The notes: a model not told the origin generated them from the sequence alone. 64,000 nt of DNA from Candidatus Omnitrophota bacterium (GCA_029560465.1 JAKQKX010000102.1:68601-132600), one strand, 5' to 3'. Positions 41,689 to 51,866 are shown, numbered from the stretch's first letter. Numbers and translations: made by a program.

Positions 41689-42141
41689 TTAGGGGGTGGT
41701 GCTGCGATATTTTTTGATAGCTTCTTTAATGTCTCCAGCCGTTGAAACAAACGTCTGCACGCTGCACCCGGTCAGCATTTCAACATCTTCAACGGCGGTG
41801 CGGTTCAGGGGGTTCGCCATGGCAACGGTAAGGCTTTTTCCGATTTTATCAATGGGGATCAAGCAGTATTTCTTACAGACGGTTTCCGGGACCGCGTTAA
41901 GGACCTCTCGATCAATCTCATAATTCGACAAAGGAAGGAAAGGAAATCCGTACTGGCAGGTAAGCGCCTGGGCAATGTCTTCTTCCGTGGCGAACTTCAA
42001 CTCAACCAAGATTTCACCGATGAGCCCGCCTTTTTCGTTTTGATAGGCCATGGCCATCGCGATTTGTTCCCGGTCGAGGACCCCTTTCTCGACGAGCAGT
42101 TCACCTAGATGTTTATTGGATGTCCGTTTATAATCTTTCAT
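41689..42141 (-). CDS. Stand-alone GspE N-terminal (MshEN / T2SSE_N) domain protein; putative c-di-GMP receptor
   Basis: 150 aa consisting of a single T2SSE_N-like domain. It contains HLGELLVEKGVLDREQIAMAMAYQ, the spacer NEKGG, then LIGEILVELKFATEEDIAQALTCQ. There are 8 nt to the downstream pilB paralog. Confidence 0.85.
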   Translation of the reverse strand: MKDYKRTSNKHLGELLVEKGVLDREQIAMAMAYQNEKGGLIGEILVELKFATEEDIAQALTCQYGFPFLPLSNYEIDREVLNAVPETVCKKYCLIPIDKIGKSLTVAMANPLNRTAVEDVEMLTGCSVQTFVSTAGDIKEAIKKYRSTTP

Positions 42142-42214
42142 ATATCAGGCCGTTATCCCTAATGATAAACACGTTGAAAACAAAATTTTTCCCTCCACCC
42201 GATTCCGGGCAAAA

Positions 42215-42265
42215 AGAATTTTGCCTATTATACAATATATTATCATTTTCATATATAGTTTATAA
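42215..42265 (-). promoter_or_regulatory. Candidate promoter (extended -10, TGTATAAT) for the MshEN-pilB-pilB operon
   Basis: The minus strand reads TGTATAAT (rc of 42227-42234) about 85 nt upstream of the ATG at 42141, in an AT-rich region. A 7-bp hairpin GGCAAAA/TTTTGCC sits in the putative 5'UTR. Confidence 0.4.
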
Positions 42266-42341
42266 TGAATTGTTTTAAAATGCCAACCCCGGCCCCGTGT
42301 CATACACCGGATTTCATGAGGGAGGACCAACAAAATCCTGG

Positions 42342-43448
42342 CTAAAAAACCGTGTGCCTTTTGCTTAAATTCAGCAAAATACCGATCATAAACAAAGAGA
42401 CCAGGAAAGATGTCCGGCCGTAGCTGACCAGCGGCAACGTGATCCCCACCACCGGGCACATGCCCAGCACCATGCCAATATTGATTAAGACCTGCAAAGA
42501 AAAGATACCGGTCATCCCGACCGCGATCTGCATGCCAAAACGATCCTTCACATGTTCGGCCACCTTCAACCCCGCGTAAATCACCACGCCGTAACACGTC
42601 ACCAGGGCCAGCGTCCCCAGCAACCCCCACTCTTCTCCGATCACGGAAAAAATAAAATCCGTGTGTCGCTCCGGGAGGAAATTCAGCTGGTTCTGAGTTC
42701 CCGACAGCCATCCTTTTCCCCATAACCGGCCCGATCCCACTGCGATCTTCGACTGGATAATCGTGTAACCCGCCCCTAACGGGTCAATATTAGGATTCAA
42801 AAAAACCAGCAGGCGGTCTTTCTGATATGGCTTAATAATATGCCAGCCAAACGGCATCATCATCAGGCAAAGCAGGAGGAATCCCAGGATATACCGGTAA
42901 CGCAGCCCGCTGGTAAACAGCATAAAAATAAAAATCCCGAAAAACAACAACGACGTTCCCAGGTCAGGCTGTTTAAAAACGAGAAGCATCGGGACCAACG
43001 TCATCAGAAGCGGGACGAACAGGTCGTGCCAGAGCACCCCCAAGGAGCTGCGGGGACGGGCAGACAGGGAGGAACGCCGGTCGCTGAAATACCGGCCCAA
43101 CCCGAATATTAAAGTCAACTTCGCCACTTCCGAGGGCTGAAAACTGATCCCGGCGATGCTAAACCACCTCTGGGCTCCCAGCGCGTGCCGTCCGCTCACC
43201 AGGACAAGGATCAACAAAATCACGCTGCCGCCATAAAAGAAGTAGGCCAGGTCATAAAATTTCCGATAATCCAAATTACTGAGATAAAGCAGAAGAAAAA
43301 GGCCGACCACGGAAAAAATTACCTGGTCATAAAATATTTTATGGGACACCCTCACATTGTGATAAGACGCGCTGTACAAGGCCACCAGGCCTATCGCGAT
43401 CACCGCAAAGGTAAAAATTAAAATCACCACGCCCATATCTCTACGCAT
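42342..43448 (-). CDS. rodA: Rod shape-determining protein RodA (SEDS family)
   Basis: 368 aa polytopic membrane protein of the FtsW/RodA family, directly downstream of mrdA. Confidence 0.93.
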   Translation of the reverse strand: MRRDMGVVILIFTFAVIAIGLVALYSASYHNVRVSHKIFYDQVIFSVVGLFLLLYLSNLDYRKFYDLAYFFYGGSVILLILVLVSGRHALGAQRWFSIAGISFQPSEVAKLTLIFGLGRYFSDRRSSLSARPRSSLGVLWHDLFVPLLMTLVPMLLVFKQPDLGTSLLFFGIFIFMLFTSGLRYRYILGFLLLCLMMMPFGWHIIKPYQKDRLLVFLNPNIDPLGAGYTIIQSKIAVGSGRLWGKGWLSGTQNQLNFLPERHTDFIFSVIGEEWGLLGTLALVTCYGVVIYAGLKVAEHVKDRFGMQIAVGMTGIFSLQVLINIGMVLGMCPVVGITLPLVSYGRTSFLVSLFMIGILLNLSKRHTVF

Positions 43449-43480
43449 AACACCTCTTCCTCCTCAAACAGGAAAACCTG

Positions 43481-45196
43481 TCACAAAATATCCTCGATTC
43501 TAAGGCGCTGAAACAATTCCCGCGTTAACACAACCGCGTTATAACTCGACCCGCCATATTCGAGGAACACGCAGAAAGAAACCCGTTTCTTTCCTTCAAG
43601 GCTGTATCCCGCGAACCACGCGTGCTCGTCCTTGCCGGGAACGGATTGCGCGGTCCCTGTCTTCCCGAATATCTTGAATCCCGGCATATCCAGGAGCCGG
43701 GCCGTCCCGTGCGGGTCTTTGACAGCCCCTTTTAACCCCTCCTGAACGATGGTAAAAATCTCCGGGGCAAGGTTCACCAGCCGGACCGTTGAAAACTGAA
43801 CAATATCCTGCTCACCAATCTTTTTGATCAAAAACGGCTGCACCTCTTTCCCGGAGCGGCCCACGGTCGCAGTCATCCTGGCGACCTGCAGCGGGGTCGC
43901 CAGCACTTCCCCCTGCCCGATAGAGTAATTCAAAGTATCCCCTTTATACCAGCCGGTCGGGTTCCTGATCCTCCTCAAACGGCGGCTGGGGAGGAACCCT
44001 CTTTCTTCGGCCGGCAAATCCACATGCGTCACCTCTCCCAGGCCGAGGAGCCTGGCATATTTATACATCTGGTCCGGGCCGATTAACAACCCTGTGTTAA
44101 AAAAATACACGTTACAGGAATGTGCAATCGCTTCAATAAGATTCTGGGCGTTATGCACGTGCGCGCACCGGAACTGCCGCTTCCCCAGAGTATAATAACC
44201 CGGACAGTTAAACGTCGTATGCCTGGAAATTCTTTTATTCGCCAAAGCGGCCACGGTCAGGATGATTTTAAAAACTGACCCCGGGGGGTACTGGCCCTGA
44301 ATAGCCCGGTTTAACAACGGAGCGTCCGGGCTGGAATACGCGAAACTGATTTGCCCCTGCAAACGATGATCCACAAAGATATTCGGGTCATACGTCGGGG
44401 AACTGACCATCCCAAGTATTTCTCCGCTGTCGAAATCCAGAATAACAATCGCGCCCTTGCGGTTCCCCAGAGCTTCTTGGGCGATCTGCTGGATGCGGGC
44501 GTCGATGGTCAAATGCACGTCTTCCCCGCTTTCCGCGTCCCGCATGCTCAGTAACCGCACCTGCTGGCCGCGGCTATTCACCTCAATCTGAAGCCCACCC
44601 TCTTTCCCTTTCAGGTAATGGTCATAATACTCTTCAATCCCAGAATAACCGACAATGCTCAACGGGGTGTAGCCGTAATCTTTCAACTTCTCCATCTTGG
44701 TTCGGTTAATCTTCCCCACCTGGCCAATAAGGTGAGCCCCGATGCTGCCCATGGGATAATACCGGCGGGAATGCTCCTGCACATAAAGGCCCGGGAACCG
44801 GAATTTATTTTCCTCAAGGATCATGGCCACTTTCTTATCCACATCTTCAGCGACGACAACCGGGGCAAAAGGCGCATGTTTTTTCTGGGAATACTGCTGA
44901 AATAATTTGGATTTCTTAACATTCAACACCTGGCTCAAATAGTGAAACACCTGGTCATTTTCTTTAATGTCCTGCGGAATCATCGCCACATTAAAAGACA
45001 GCCGGTTATCGGCCAGGACAACGCCGTTGCGGTCCAGGATACGGCCGCGGATCCCATCCAGCGGGATAACCCGGATCCTGTTGTTAACGCTCTGGTGGTA
45101 ATAAAAACTCCCCCGGATGCCCTGGGTATAAACCAAGTCAGCGGCGAGACACAAAAGTCCCAAAATAATGATTACGCGAATAATCTTAATGCGCAT
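43481..45196 (-). CDS. mrdA: Penicillin-binding protein 2 (elongasome transpeptidase)
   Basis: 571 aa with an N-terminal TM helix, a PBP dimerisation domain, and the transpeptidase motifs SxxK (SVFK), SxN and KTGT. Confidence 0.93.
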   Translation of the reverse strand: MRIKIIRVIIILGLLCLAADLVYTQGIRGSFYYHQSVNNRIRVIPLDGIRGRILDRNGVVLADNRLSFNVAMIPQDIKENDQVFHYLSQVLNVKKSKLFQQYSQKKHAPFAPVVVAEDVDKKVAMILEENKFRFPGLYVQEHSRRYYPMGSIGAHLIGQVGKINRTKMEKLKDYGYTPLSIVGYSGIEEYYDHYLKGKEGGLQIEVNSRGQQVRLLSMRDAESGEDVHLTIDARIQQIAQEALGNRKGAIVILDFDSGEILGMVSSPTYDPNIFVDHRLQGQISFAYSSPDAPLLNRAIQGQYPPGSVFKIILTVAALANKRISRHTTFNCPGYYTLGKRQFRCAHVHNAQNLIEAIAHSCNVYFFNTGLLIGPDQMYKYARLLGLGEVTHVDLPAEERGFLPSRRLRRIRNPTGWYKGDTLNYSIGQGEVLATPLQVARMTATVGRSGKEVQPFLIKKIGEQDIVQFSTVRLVNLAPEIFTIVQEGLKGAVKDPHGTARLLDMPGFKIFGKTGTAQSVPGKDEHAWFAGYSLEGKKRVSFCVFLEYGGSSYNAVVLTRELFQRLRIEDIL

Positions 45197-45657
45197 TGCC
45201 GGTATTTTTTAAAGGCTACTGGGGCGATGAGTGTGGTCAGACCGACTTCCGGAACAAGGATATATAAAAAAACCGATGGAAAGGCCAACGACGTAAACAT
45301 CAGCTGGATGATCCAATACGTTGTCACATAGCCGATCGTCACGATAAAAACCAGCAGTATCCGGGATGCCATCACTCCCGGCTGATAGATATACATCTTC
45401 ATCAGTGTCGTAAAAAAAACCGCGATGATGAACGCAAACGTATACAGGCCGAACGGCCCGGCGCTGAAACTGTCTTTAAACAATCCGGCCAGGATCCCGG
45501 CCACCAGGCTGTAGCGGGTGCCCCGGTAAAGGTTGAAAAAAACCACCAAAATGATCAACAAATTCGGGATATACCAGGAAGACAGGACATGGACGAGGAC
45601 ACACTCCACGACAAATGTCGCGAACACCAGCCCCAAAATAACACATAAAAGGTACAT
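45172..45657 (-). CDS. mreD: Rod shape-determining protein MreD
   Basis: 161 aa hydrophobic protein with about five TM helices, between mreC and mrdA. Confidence 0.7.
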   Translation of the reverse strand: MYLLCVILGLVFATFVVECVLVHVLSSWYIPNLLIILVVFFNLYRGTRYSLVAGILAGLFKDSFSAGPFGLYTFAFIIAVFFTTLMKMYIYQPGVMASRILLVFIVTIGYVTTYWIIQLMFTSLAFPSVFLYILVPEVGLTTLIAPVAFKKYRQCALRLFA

Positions 45658-45659
45658 AA

Positions 45660-46517
45660 TTACCGTGTCCGTATAATAAGGACTTCTTCCAGCTGAGAAA
45701 GCGGCACCGCCGGCTGAATAATGCAGTCCAGCGAAAGCCCGTTTTTCTTATATTCCACAGCGATCACTTCCCCGACGAATAATCCTTCGGGGAACGAAGA
45801 GCTGAGTTTTGAGGTGATGACCTGATCCCCCACTTTAACATCCGCGTTGGCGGAGAGATACCTCATCCGGCAGAGCCCCTGGAGCGTGCCGGACACAAGC
45901 CCGATTTCGCGCGACCTTTTCACCAGGCCCGCGGTGCTGAAACCGGGGTCCGTCAGGAGGATCACCTTGCTTTTTCTATCACTGACTTCCGCGACCTTCC
46001 CAACGACGCCCTGGGCGTTCACGGCCGGCATCCCCACATCCACATCATCCTGGGACCCTTTATCAATGATCACGGTTTCATTCCAGTTCGACGGATCCCG
46101 CCCCACCACGTTCGCGCCGACCGAAGAATAAACCAGGCTGCGTTTAAATTTCAACAACTTTTCCAGGCGATTATTTTCCCGGATCACTTCTTCCATCCCG
46201 ATCAGGCGGGCTTTAAGCGTATTGTAATCCTTTTGCAATTTGACATATTCCGCATATGTGCGGTGGTAAAGAAGAACCTTTTTCAGTTCAAGCAGCGGGA
46301 AAGAAATGATCCGAACCGGAAGCGACGTCCAGGAAATAAAATTAAATTTCAGGGGAGAGACCATGCGGGCTGGCAAGAAAAAAAGGACGACGACGCTCAG
46401 CGTGATCAACCCGTAAATCAACGTTTTTTTGTGGTATTTAGACACGCGCGAATTCAATAAAAAGTGTTGATTAGAAATATCCTCGGGAAGGATCAGGGGA
46501 AACCGCAGGTATGCCAC
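45660..46517 (-). CDS. mreC: Rod shape-determining protein MreC
   Basis: 285 aa with an N-terminal TM helix, a coiled coil and two beta-domains; follows mreB. Confidence 0.85.
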   Translation of the reverse strand: MAYLRFPLILPEDISNQHFLLNSRVSKYHKKTLIYGLITLSVVVLFFLPARMVSPLKFNFISWTSLPVRIISFPLLELKKVLLYHRTYAEYVKLQKDYNTLKARLIGMEEVIRENNRLEKLLKFKRSLVYSSVGANVVGRDPSNWNETVIIDKGSQDDVDVGMPAVNAQGVVGKVAEVSDRKSKVILLTDPGFSTAGLVKRSREIGLVSGTLQGLCRMRYLSANADVKVGDQVITSKLSSSFPEGLFVGEVIAVEYKKNGLSLDCIIQPAVPLSQLEEVLIIRTR

Positions 46518-46578
46518 AGGAACACGCGCGAGGGATCAAAAAATTCTATAAATTAAGGAGTTCCCAGAACCCGGTTCG

Positions 46579-47652
46579 TTAAAAGTCCAGTTTCGTCGCG
46601 ACCACAACACGCCTGCGAAGTTTCGCGGGCATGTTGAGAACCTGCCCCGTTCCCAAGACAACGGCCGTTAGCGGGTCATCAGCAATATGGACAGGCAGTC
46701 CGGTTTCTTCGGCAATCCTTTTATCCAAGCTGCGCAGGAGAGAACCGCCGCCGGCCATAACAATTCCGCGATCAATCAAATCCGCAGCCAATTCCGGAGG
46801 CGTGTTTTCCAACGTAATTTTTGAAGCATCCACAATCGCCTGGATCGGCTCCTGAAGCGCCTCACGGATTTCTTCCGACGAAATGGAGATCGTCTTGGGC
46901 AATCCGGCAATCAGGTCACGGCCGCGCACGTCCATACTGAGTTCCTCTTCCAAAGGAAAGGCCGAACCGATGCGGATCTTAATCTCCTCCGCCGTCCTCT
47001 CCCCGACCATCAGATTGTAGGTTTTTTTCAGATATTCCGTGATGGCCTGGTCCATCTCGTCTCCGGCAATACGTATTGATTTGGAATACACCAATCCGCC
47101 AAGCGAAATCACGGCGAACTCCGTGGTCCCGCCCCCGATGTCAATAATCATGTTCCCGGCCGCCTCCTCCACAGGCAGGCCGACCCCGACCGCCGCGGCT
47201 TTCGGTTCTTCGATCAACTCAATTGAACGGGCGCTGGCCCGCTCCGCGGAATCCTTGACCGCCCGTTTCTCCACTTCCGTAATGCCGGAAGGAATCGCGA
47301 TCACCATGGCCGGCCGCACCAGGACTTGGCGTTTATGAACCTTCCGAATAAAATATTTCAACATCGCCTCTGTGATTTCGAAATCGGAAATAACCCCGTC
47401 CTTCATGGGGCGAATCGCCACGATATTGCCCGGCGTGCGGCCAAGCATCTTTTTAGCTTCATCCCCAACGGCAATAACCCGATTGGTGTCTTTTTCAATG
47501 GCGACGACTGACGGCTCGCACAGCACAACCCCTTCTCCTTTGACATAAACCAATGTCGTAGCCGTTCCCAAGTCGATCCCCATGTCATTGGAAAAAAGGC
47601 CAAGGACATAATTGATCATTCTTTGCAGATACCGGATTAACTTTAGCAACAT
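46579..47652 (-). CDS. mreB: Rod shape-determining protein MreB (actin homologue)
   Basis: 357 aa with the actin-fold signatures [13 protein letters not shown] and DIGGGTTE. Confidence 0.95.
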   Translation of the reverse strand: MLLKLIRYLQRMINYVLGLFSNDMGIDLGTATTLVYVKGEGVVLCEPSVVAIEKDTNRVIAVGDEAKKMLGRTPGNIVAIRPMKDGVISDFEITEAMLKYFIRKVHKRQVLVRPAMVIAIPSGITEVEKRAVKDSAERASARSIELIEEPKAAAVGVGLPVEEAAGNMIIDIGGGTTEFAVISLGGLVYSKSIRIAGDEMDQAITEYLKKTYNLMVGERTAEEIKIRIGSAFPLEEELSMDVRGRDLIAGLPKTISISSEEIREALQEPIQAIVDASKITLENTPPELAADLIDRGIVMAGGGSLLRSLDKRIAEETGLPVHIADDPLTAVVLGTGQVLNMPAKLRRRVVVATKLDF

Positions 47653-47800
47653 AGCTTTTCCTTATTTTTTATATTAATAGTATTATTTCTCGAAGAGAAA
47701 TGATGAGTAACTAGTTGCTATTTAACAGGAAACATCATATATGAAAAGAAATTCACTGTCAATCAATTATAAGAATATTAAGCGAACAAATCCGGGCATC

Positions 47801-49090
47801 TTACCGGCTTTTTTTTATGCTGGCCCCCACGCTCTTAAAATCCCTCACAAAACCCGGATAGGATTTGGAAACACAGCCGATATCCTGCACGGTCGCGCCA
47901 ATTTTCAAGCCTAAAACACAAAACGCCATGGCCAACCGATGGTCATGCCGAGGATCCAAAGTGATATTTTTTTTATACTGAGCCTGCGGAACAATGGTCA
48001 GCGTATCGGCTGTTTCCAAAAGCCGCGCACCGGCTTTTGATAATTCCTGCCTTAAGTCCGTGATCCTGTTGGACTCCTTAACCCTCGCATGTTTAATATC
48101 TTTTAACCGTGTCCGGCCCTGCGCGAAAAGCGCCAACACCGCCATGACAGGGACCAAATCCGGACAATCTTTCAGGGAAAAATCCCCTCCGCGCAAAACC
48201 CCCGGCGGCCGCCACGACAACGTTCGGGCCGTCAGCTGAATAGACACGCCCATCCGTTTTAAAAATTCCAAAATCTTCCCATCCGCCTGAATAAATTTCC
48301 GGTCAAAATGCCCGGCCAATTCCAAAGGCGAATCCGTCAGCAGGCCGGCGGCTATTAAAAAAGCGGCCAACCCGTAATCAGACGGGATTAAAAACCGCTT
48401 CAAACCACGGAACCGCTGCCCGCCGCAGATTAAAAATGTGCGTTCTTTCTGCTTACGGATCGTCACCCCGGCCTGGGCTAATACCAGGCGGGTCATCTCA
48501 ATATAATCCACCGAAACCATACGGCGGCCCTTGACGCTCAAGCGGGTGTCTTCGGGAAGCTGCGGGCAGGCGATGCATAACGCCGAAACAAACTGCGAAC
48601 TCACCGTGCCGTCGATATTGATCTTTCCGCCGCGGAAACACCCCCCGGACAGCGTAATCGGGACGGATTCTTTCGGCCCAACTCCCTTAAGAATCACCCC
48701 CCGGGCCCTCAAAGCTTCCGCCAGCTGTTTATTGGGACGACCCAACAAGGTCCCCTGCCCGGTCACCGTAATTCTCCGCCCCTGGGCCGCCAGAAGGGGC
48801 AATAAAAACCGCAGCACAGTGCCCGATTCCCGGACATCAACGTGCGCGGCTTTCCTCGCGACGGTCCCCCCTTGGACATCCCAGGTGTTCTCAGCGATTT
48901 TCTTAACCCGGGCCCCTAAAAAACGCGCCACCTTCAAAGCAACCCGCGCGTCATCACAATCAGACGGATGAATGATAACAGAATGCCCACCGCAAGCGGC
49001 AACAAGAAAACTTCGGATGGAATAAGACTTCGAGGCAGGGAGGAAGACACGCCCCCGCAAACAGGGCGTCTGCCGAATCAATAAATTCAT
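47801..49090 (-). CDS. aroA: 3-phosphoshikimate 1-carboxyvinyltransferase (EPSP synthase)
   Basis: 429 aa with LPASKSYSIRSFL and a KESNR motif, which resembles AroA rather than MurA. Confidence 0.88.
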   Translation of the reverse strand: MNLLIRQTPCLRGRVFLPASKSYSIRSFLVAACGGHSVIIHPSDCDDARVALKVARFLGARVKKIAENTWDVQGGTVARKAAHVDVRESGTVLRFLLPLLAAQGRRITVTGQGTLLGRPNKQLAEALRARGVILKGVGPKESVPITLSGGCFRGGKINIDGTVSSQFVSALCIACPQLPEDTRLSVKGRRMVSVDYIEMTRLVLAQAGVTIRKQKERTFLICGGQRFRGLKRFLIPSDYGLAAFLIAAGLLTDSPLELAGHFDRKFIQADGKILEFLKRMGVSIQLTARTLSWRPPGVLRGGDFSLKDCPDLVPVMAVLALFAQGRTRLKDIKHARVKESNRITDLRQELSKAGARLLETADTLTIVPQAQYKKNITLDPRHDHRLAMAFCVLGLKIGATVQDIGCVSKSYPGFVRDFKSVGASIKKSR

Positions 49091-49932
49091 TCCTTAACAA
49101 CCACCGCGTCATCCTTGCGGACCTTTTCGCTTCTTAAAGGAGGGACAACGTCGGCAGCCGACATCTCCGGCAAAACCCGTGAGACTTCCACATCCCCCAG
49201 GTATTTCTCCCCGCGATGAACGGACAGGAGCATGCCCTTTTTAATGCCGTTCTTCTCTCCCAGGCTCACAATAATAAAATCCGCTTCTTTATCGACGCTG
49301 ATGACAGCCCCGCGGTTGGCCTCCCCCGTATTAATGACAATCGGCTCAAGATCAACGCCCTCTTGGACAGCTGCGCCGTCATCCGGGATGCCTCCATCAC
49401 CGGGAATTGTTAATTTCTGGGTCAAAGCATCAATTTGCTTCTTCAAGTCGCCGACCTGATTTTCTAAATCCTGCCGGATTGTTTCAAGTTCTTTGTTCCT
49501 CGTCTGAGTCGCCCCCAACTCTTTCTCCATTTGGGCCACGCGCCCCTGAGCCGACTCCAGTTCGACAGTCAGTTCTTTACGGATATCCTCTTTCGCTTTG
49601 CTTTCCTTTTCAAGCTCGTCTTTTAAAAGCCGTGCTTCCCTTTTCACTTCTTCTTTAAGCTCCTGCTCCAGCGCCTTCTCTTCGATGAGGTCTTCAATCC
49701 GGCCATTCGCTTCTTTATTTTTTTCTTCCAGGAGCCTGATCTGTTTCTCTGCTTCTTTCATGTCCGCCCGCAACGAAGCCTCGGCCACCCGCAACTGTTC
49801 CAGGTTATACTCCGCAGATTTCCTTAAATCAATTTCTTTAATAAAGAAAAATACTGATATCCCGGTAAAGCACACCAGCAAAACGGCAATGATCACCAAA
49901 AAAATAGTTAATGTCTTCCCAGAATTATTCAT
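49087..49932 (-). CDS. Membrane-anchored coiled-coil protein with C-terminal beta-rich domain, function unknown
   Basis: N-terminal TM helix (LTIFLVIIAVLLVCFTGISVFFFI), about 170 aa of E/K-rich coiled coil, and a C-terminal roughly 70-aa domain (GAVISVDKEADFIIVSLGEKNGIKKGMLLSVHRGEKYLGDVEV). The start is probably the second Met, preceded by AAGGAG. Confidence 0.6.
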   Translation of the reverse strand: MNNSGKTLTIFLVIIAVLLVCFTGISVFFFIKEIDLRKSAEYNLEQLRVAEASLRADMKEAEKQIRLLEEKNKEANGRIEDLIEEKALEQELKEEVKREARLLKDELEKESKAKEDIRKELTVELESAQGRVAQMEKELGATQTRNKELETIRQDLENQVGDLKKQIDALTQKLTIPGDGGIPDDGAAVQEGVDLEPIVINTGEANRGAVISVDKEADFIIVSLGEKNGIKKGMLLSVHRGEKYLGDVEVSRVLPEMSAADVVPPLRSEKVRKDDAVVVKE

Positions 49933-50116
49933 CGTTTTTGTTCTCCTTATCATTTATCATGCCCCGTCCAATAGAACAACGAACACTCACCGCCCTTCCC
50001 GGAGCAACCTAAAAGGAACGCCCCTTCTCCCCAGGGACGCGTGAACATTCCAGTATTTTTATTATAACTTATTATATGGCAAATCCTAAGGAAGTAAAGG
50101 GTTTCTCTTGAAATCT

Positions 50117-51052
50117 TTATGCGTTGGCCGCTCCTATGAGGTCTTCGCGGCTGAACTCCGGGGGGGCGGGGCAGGAGAACTCAACCCATTTCTTGGTTTC
50201 AGGATGAAAAAAACCCAAAAACCGGGCGTGAAGAGCCAAGCGAGGAAACGTTCTTGGATCTCCATATTTGGTGTCTCCCAAAATCGGATGCCCCAGATGA
50301 GCCATGTGGACGCGCAACTGGTGCGTCCGCCCACTTTGCGGGGACAATTCCAAATACGTAACAGGATTCTTAAACCGCTTCAAAACCCGATAATACGTCC
50401 GGGCCGCGCGGCCTCCCTCCTCGGATGTCACGGCTTTCTTGTCCCGATGAACGGGGTGCCGTCCGATGGGGACATCGACAACCCCCTCGTCAAAAGCCAC
50501 CCATCCTTGCACCAACGCGAGATAGTGTTTGCGGACTTTGTGCTTTTCAAACTGCCGGGCCAGCCGGACATGATATGTGTTGCTTTTGGCAACAACCAAA
50601 AGGCCGGACGTCTCCTTATCCAGGCGGTGGACAATGCCGGGCCGCTCCTCCGTATTCACGTCGGAAAGGGATTGCCCGGTTCTCTGGCAATAAAACAAAA
50701 GCGCATTGACCAGTGTCCCGGACAGGCAGCCCTGGGCCGGGTGAACCACAAGCCCGGCTGGTTTATAAATAATAAGCAGGGCCCGGTCTTCATAAAAAAT
50801 ATTTAAAGGGATGTTTTCCGGCCGGATTCCCCCGGGAGACAATACCGCTTCTTCAGCGCGGACGGCAACCTCATCCCCGGCCCGTGTCCGGTAATTGGCT
50901 TTAACCGGGCGCTGATTAACCGTGACGTTCCCTCCGGCAATCAGCCGCTGCACCGCTGTCCGGGACACATCCCCGCCCCATTGTTTGGAAAGGTACAGAT
51001 CGATCCGCTGCTGCGCGTCGGAGTCATCAACGTGAAAGATAGTCTGCGGCAT
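50117..51052 (-). CDS. rluD: 23S rRNA pseudouridine synthase, RluA family (RluD-like, with S4 domain)
   Basis: 311 aa with an N-terminal S4 RNA-binding domain and the catalytic motif HRLDKETSGLLVVAKS. Confidence 0.9.
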   Translation of the reverse strand: MPQTIFHVDDSDAQQRIDLYLSKQWGGDVSRTAVQRLIAGGNVTVNQRPVKANYRTRAGDEVAVRAEEAVLSPGGIRPENIPLNIFYEDRALLIIYKPAGLVVHPAQGCLSGTLVNALLFYCQRTGQSLSDVNTEERPGIVHRLDKETSGLLVVAKSNTYHVRLARQFEKHKVRKHYLALVQGWVAFDEGVVDVPIGRHPVHRDKKAVTSEEGGRAARTYYRVLKRFKNPVTYLELSPQSGRTHQLRVHMAHLGHPILGDTKYGDPRTFPRLALHARFLGFFHPETKKWVEFSCPAPPEFSREDLIGAANA

Positions 51053-51082
51053 AAAAATCTCCCCCTGGACCCAGGGGACGGC

Positions 51083-51823
51083 TTAACCTTTTCGTTGTTG
51101 CCGGATTCTTAAATACACCATCAACAACAGACCGGCGGTGGAAAGGCCAAGGCTGACAATCTGAAAAACGCTTAAACCTATAGCCGTCAGTTCATGGTCG
51201 GCACGGAAGAATTCGATCACGAATCTTTGGATGCCGGCTAAAATAAAATAAAGCGCCAAAACCTGTCCCGGCGCATGGGGATGTTTTCTGTAGGCCTTCA
51301 AAACGCAATAGATCACAAACAGTGCCGCGCTGGCATACAATTGGGTCGGATGCAAATGAGCCTGATGAACCGGAAAATAAACTCCCCAGGACACTTCCTT
51401 CCCGTAACAACACCCGTTGAGAAAACAGCCCACCCGGCCAATCGACTGCCCCAGAGCCAGGTAAGGGGCCAGGAGGTCCAACATGAGCCGGAAAGGAAGT
51501 TTTTTAATATAGATAAAACCAGCCCCGATAGCGGTCCCCAGAATGAGTCCCCCCTGCCAAGCCAACCCTCCCCGCTGTAGCATCACAACTTCTTTCAAGT
51601 CAGCGGCGAAGATATCCCAGTTCATCAAAACAAAAAATATCCTCGCCCCGGCTATGCCCCCCAAGACAGCCCAGAAAACCAGGTCATAAATCACATCGGC
51701 CGGGATATTATAAACAACCGCGTCCCGTTTTAATAAAAACGAGCACACAATGACCGCAATCGCCAACATCAGCCCGTATGAATATATATGAAACGGCCCG
51801 AAGGCACAGATGATTGGCAGCAT
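51083..51823 (-). CDS. lgt: Prolipoprotein diacylglyceryl transferase
   Basis: 246 aa polytopic membrane protein with a conserved Lgt signature region (G...RF, QLYE-like). Confidence 0.9.
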   Translation of the reverse strand: MLPIICAFGPFHIYSYGLMLAIAVIVCSFLLKRDAVVYNIPADVIYDLVFWAVLGGIAGARIFFVLMNWDIFAADLKEVVMLQRGGLAWQGGLILGTAIGAGFIYIKKLPFRLMLDLLAPYLALGQSIGRVGCFLNGCCYGKEVSWGVYFPVHQAHLHPTQLYASAALFVIYCVLKAYRKHPHAPGQVLALYFILAGIQRFVIEFFRADHELTAIGLSVFQIVSLGLSTAGLLLMVYLRIRQQRKG

Positions 51824-51866
51824 AGCTCACCCCCTCTTTTTTTCGGACGTCAACAGCGTTTTGAAA

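Noticed and set aside
42145-42723. 192-aa minus-strand ORF (MGKRMAVGNSEPAEF…) overlapping the 3' third of rodA in another frame
   Set aside because: It is Gly/Arg/His-rich and low complexity, entirely inside the well-supported rodA gene. Its 5' part covers the AT-rich promoter region of the MshEN gene. It is almost certainly a frame artefact.
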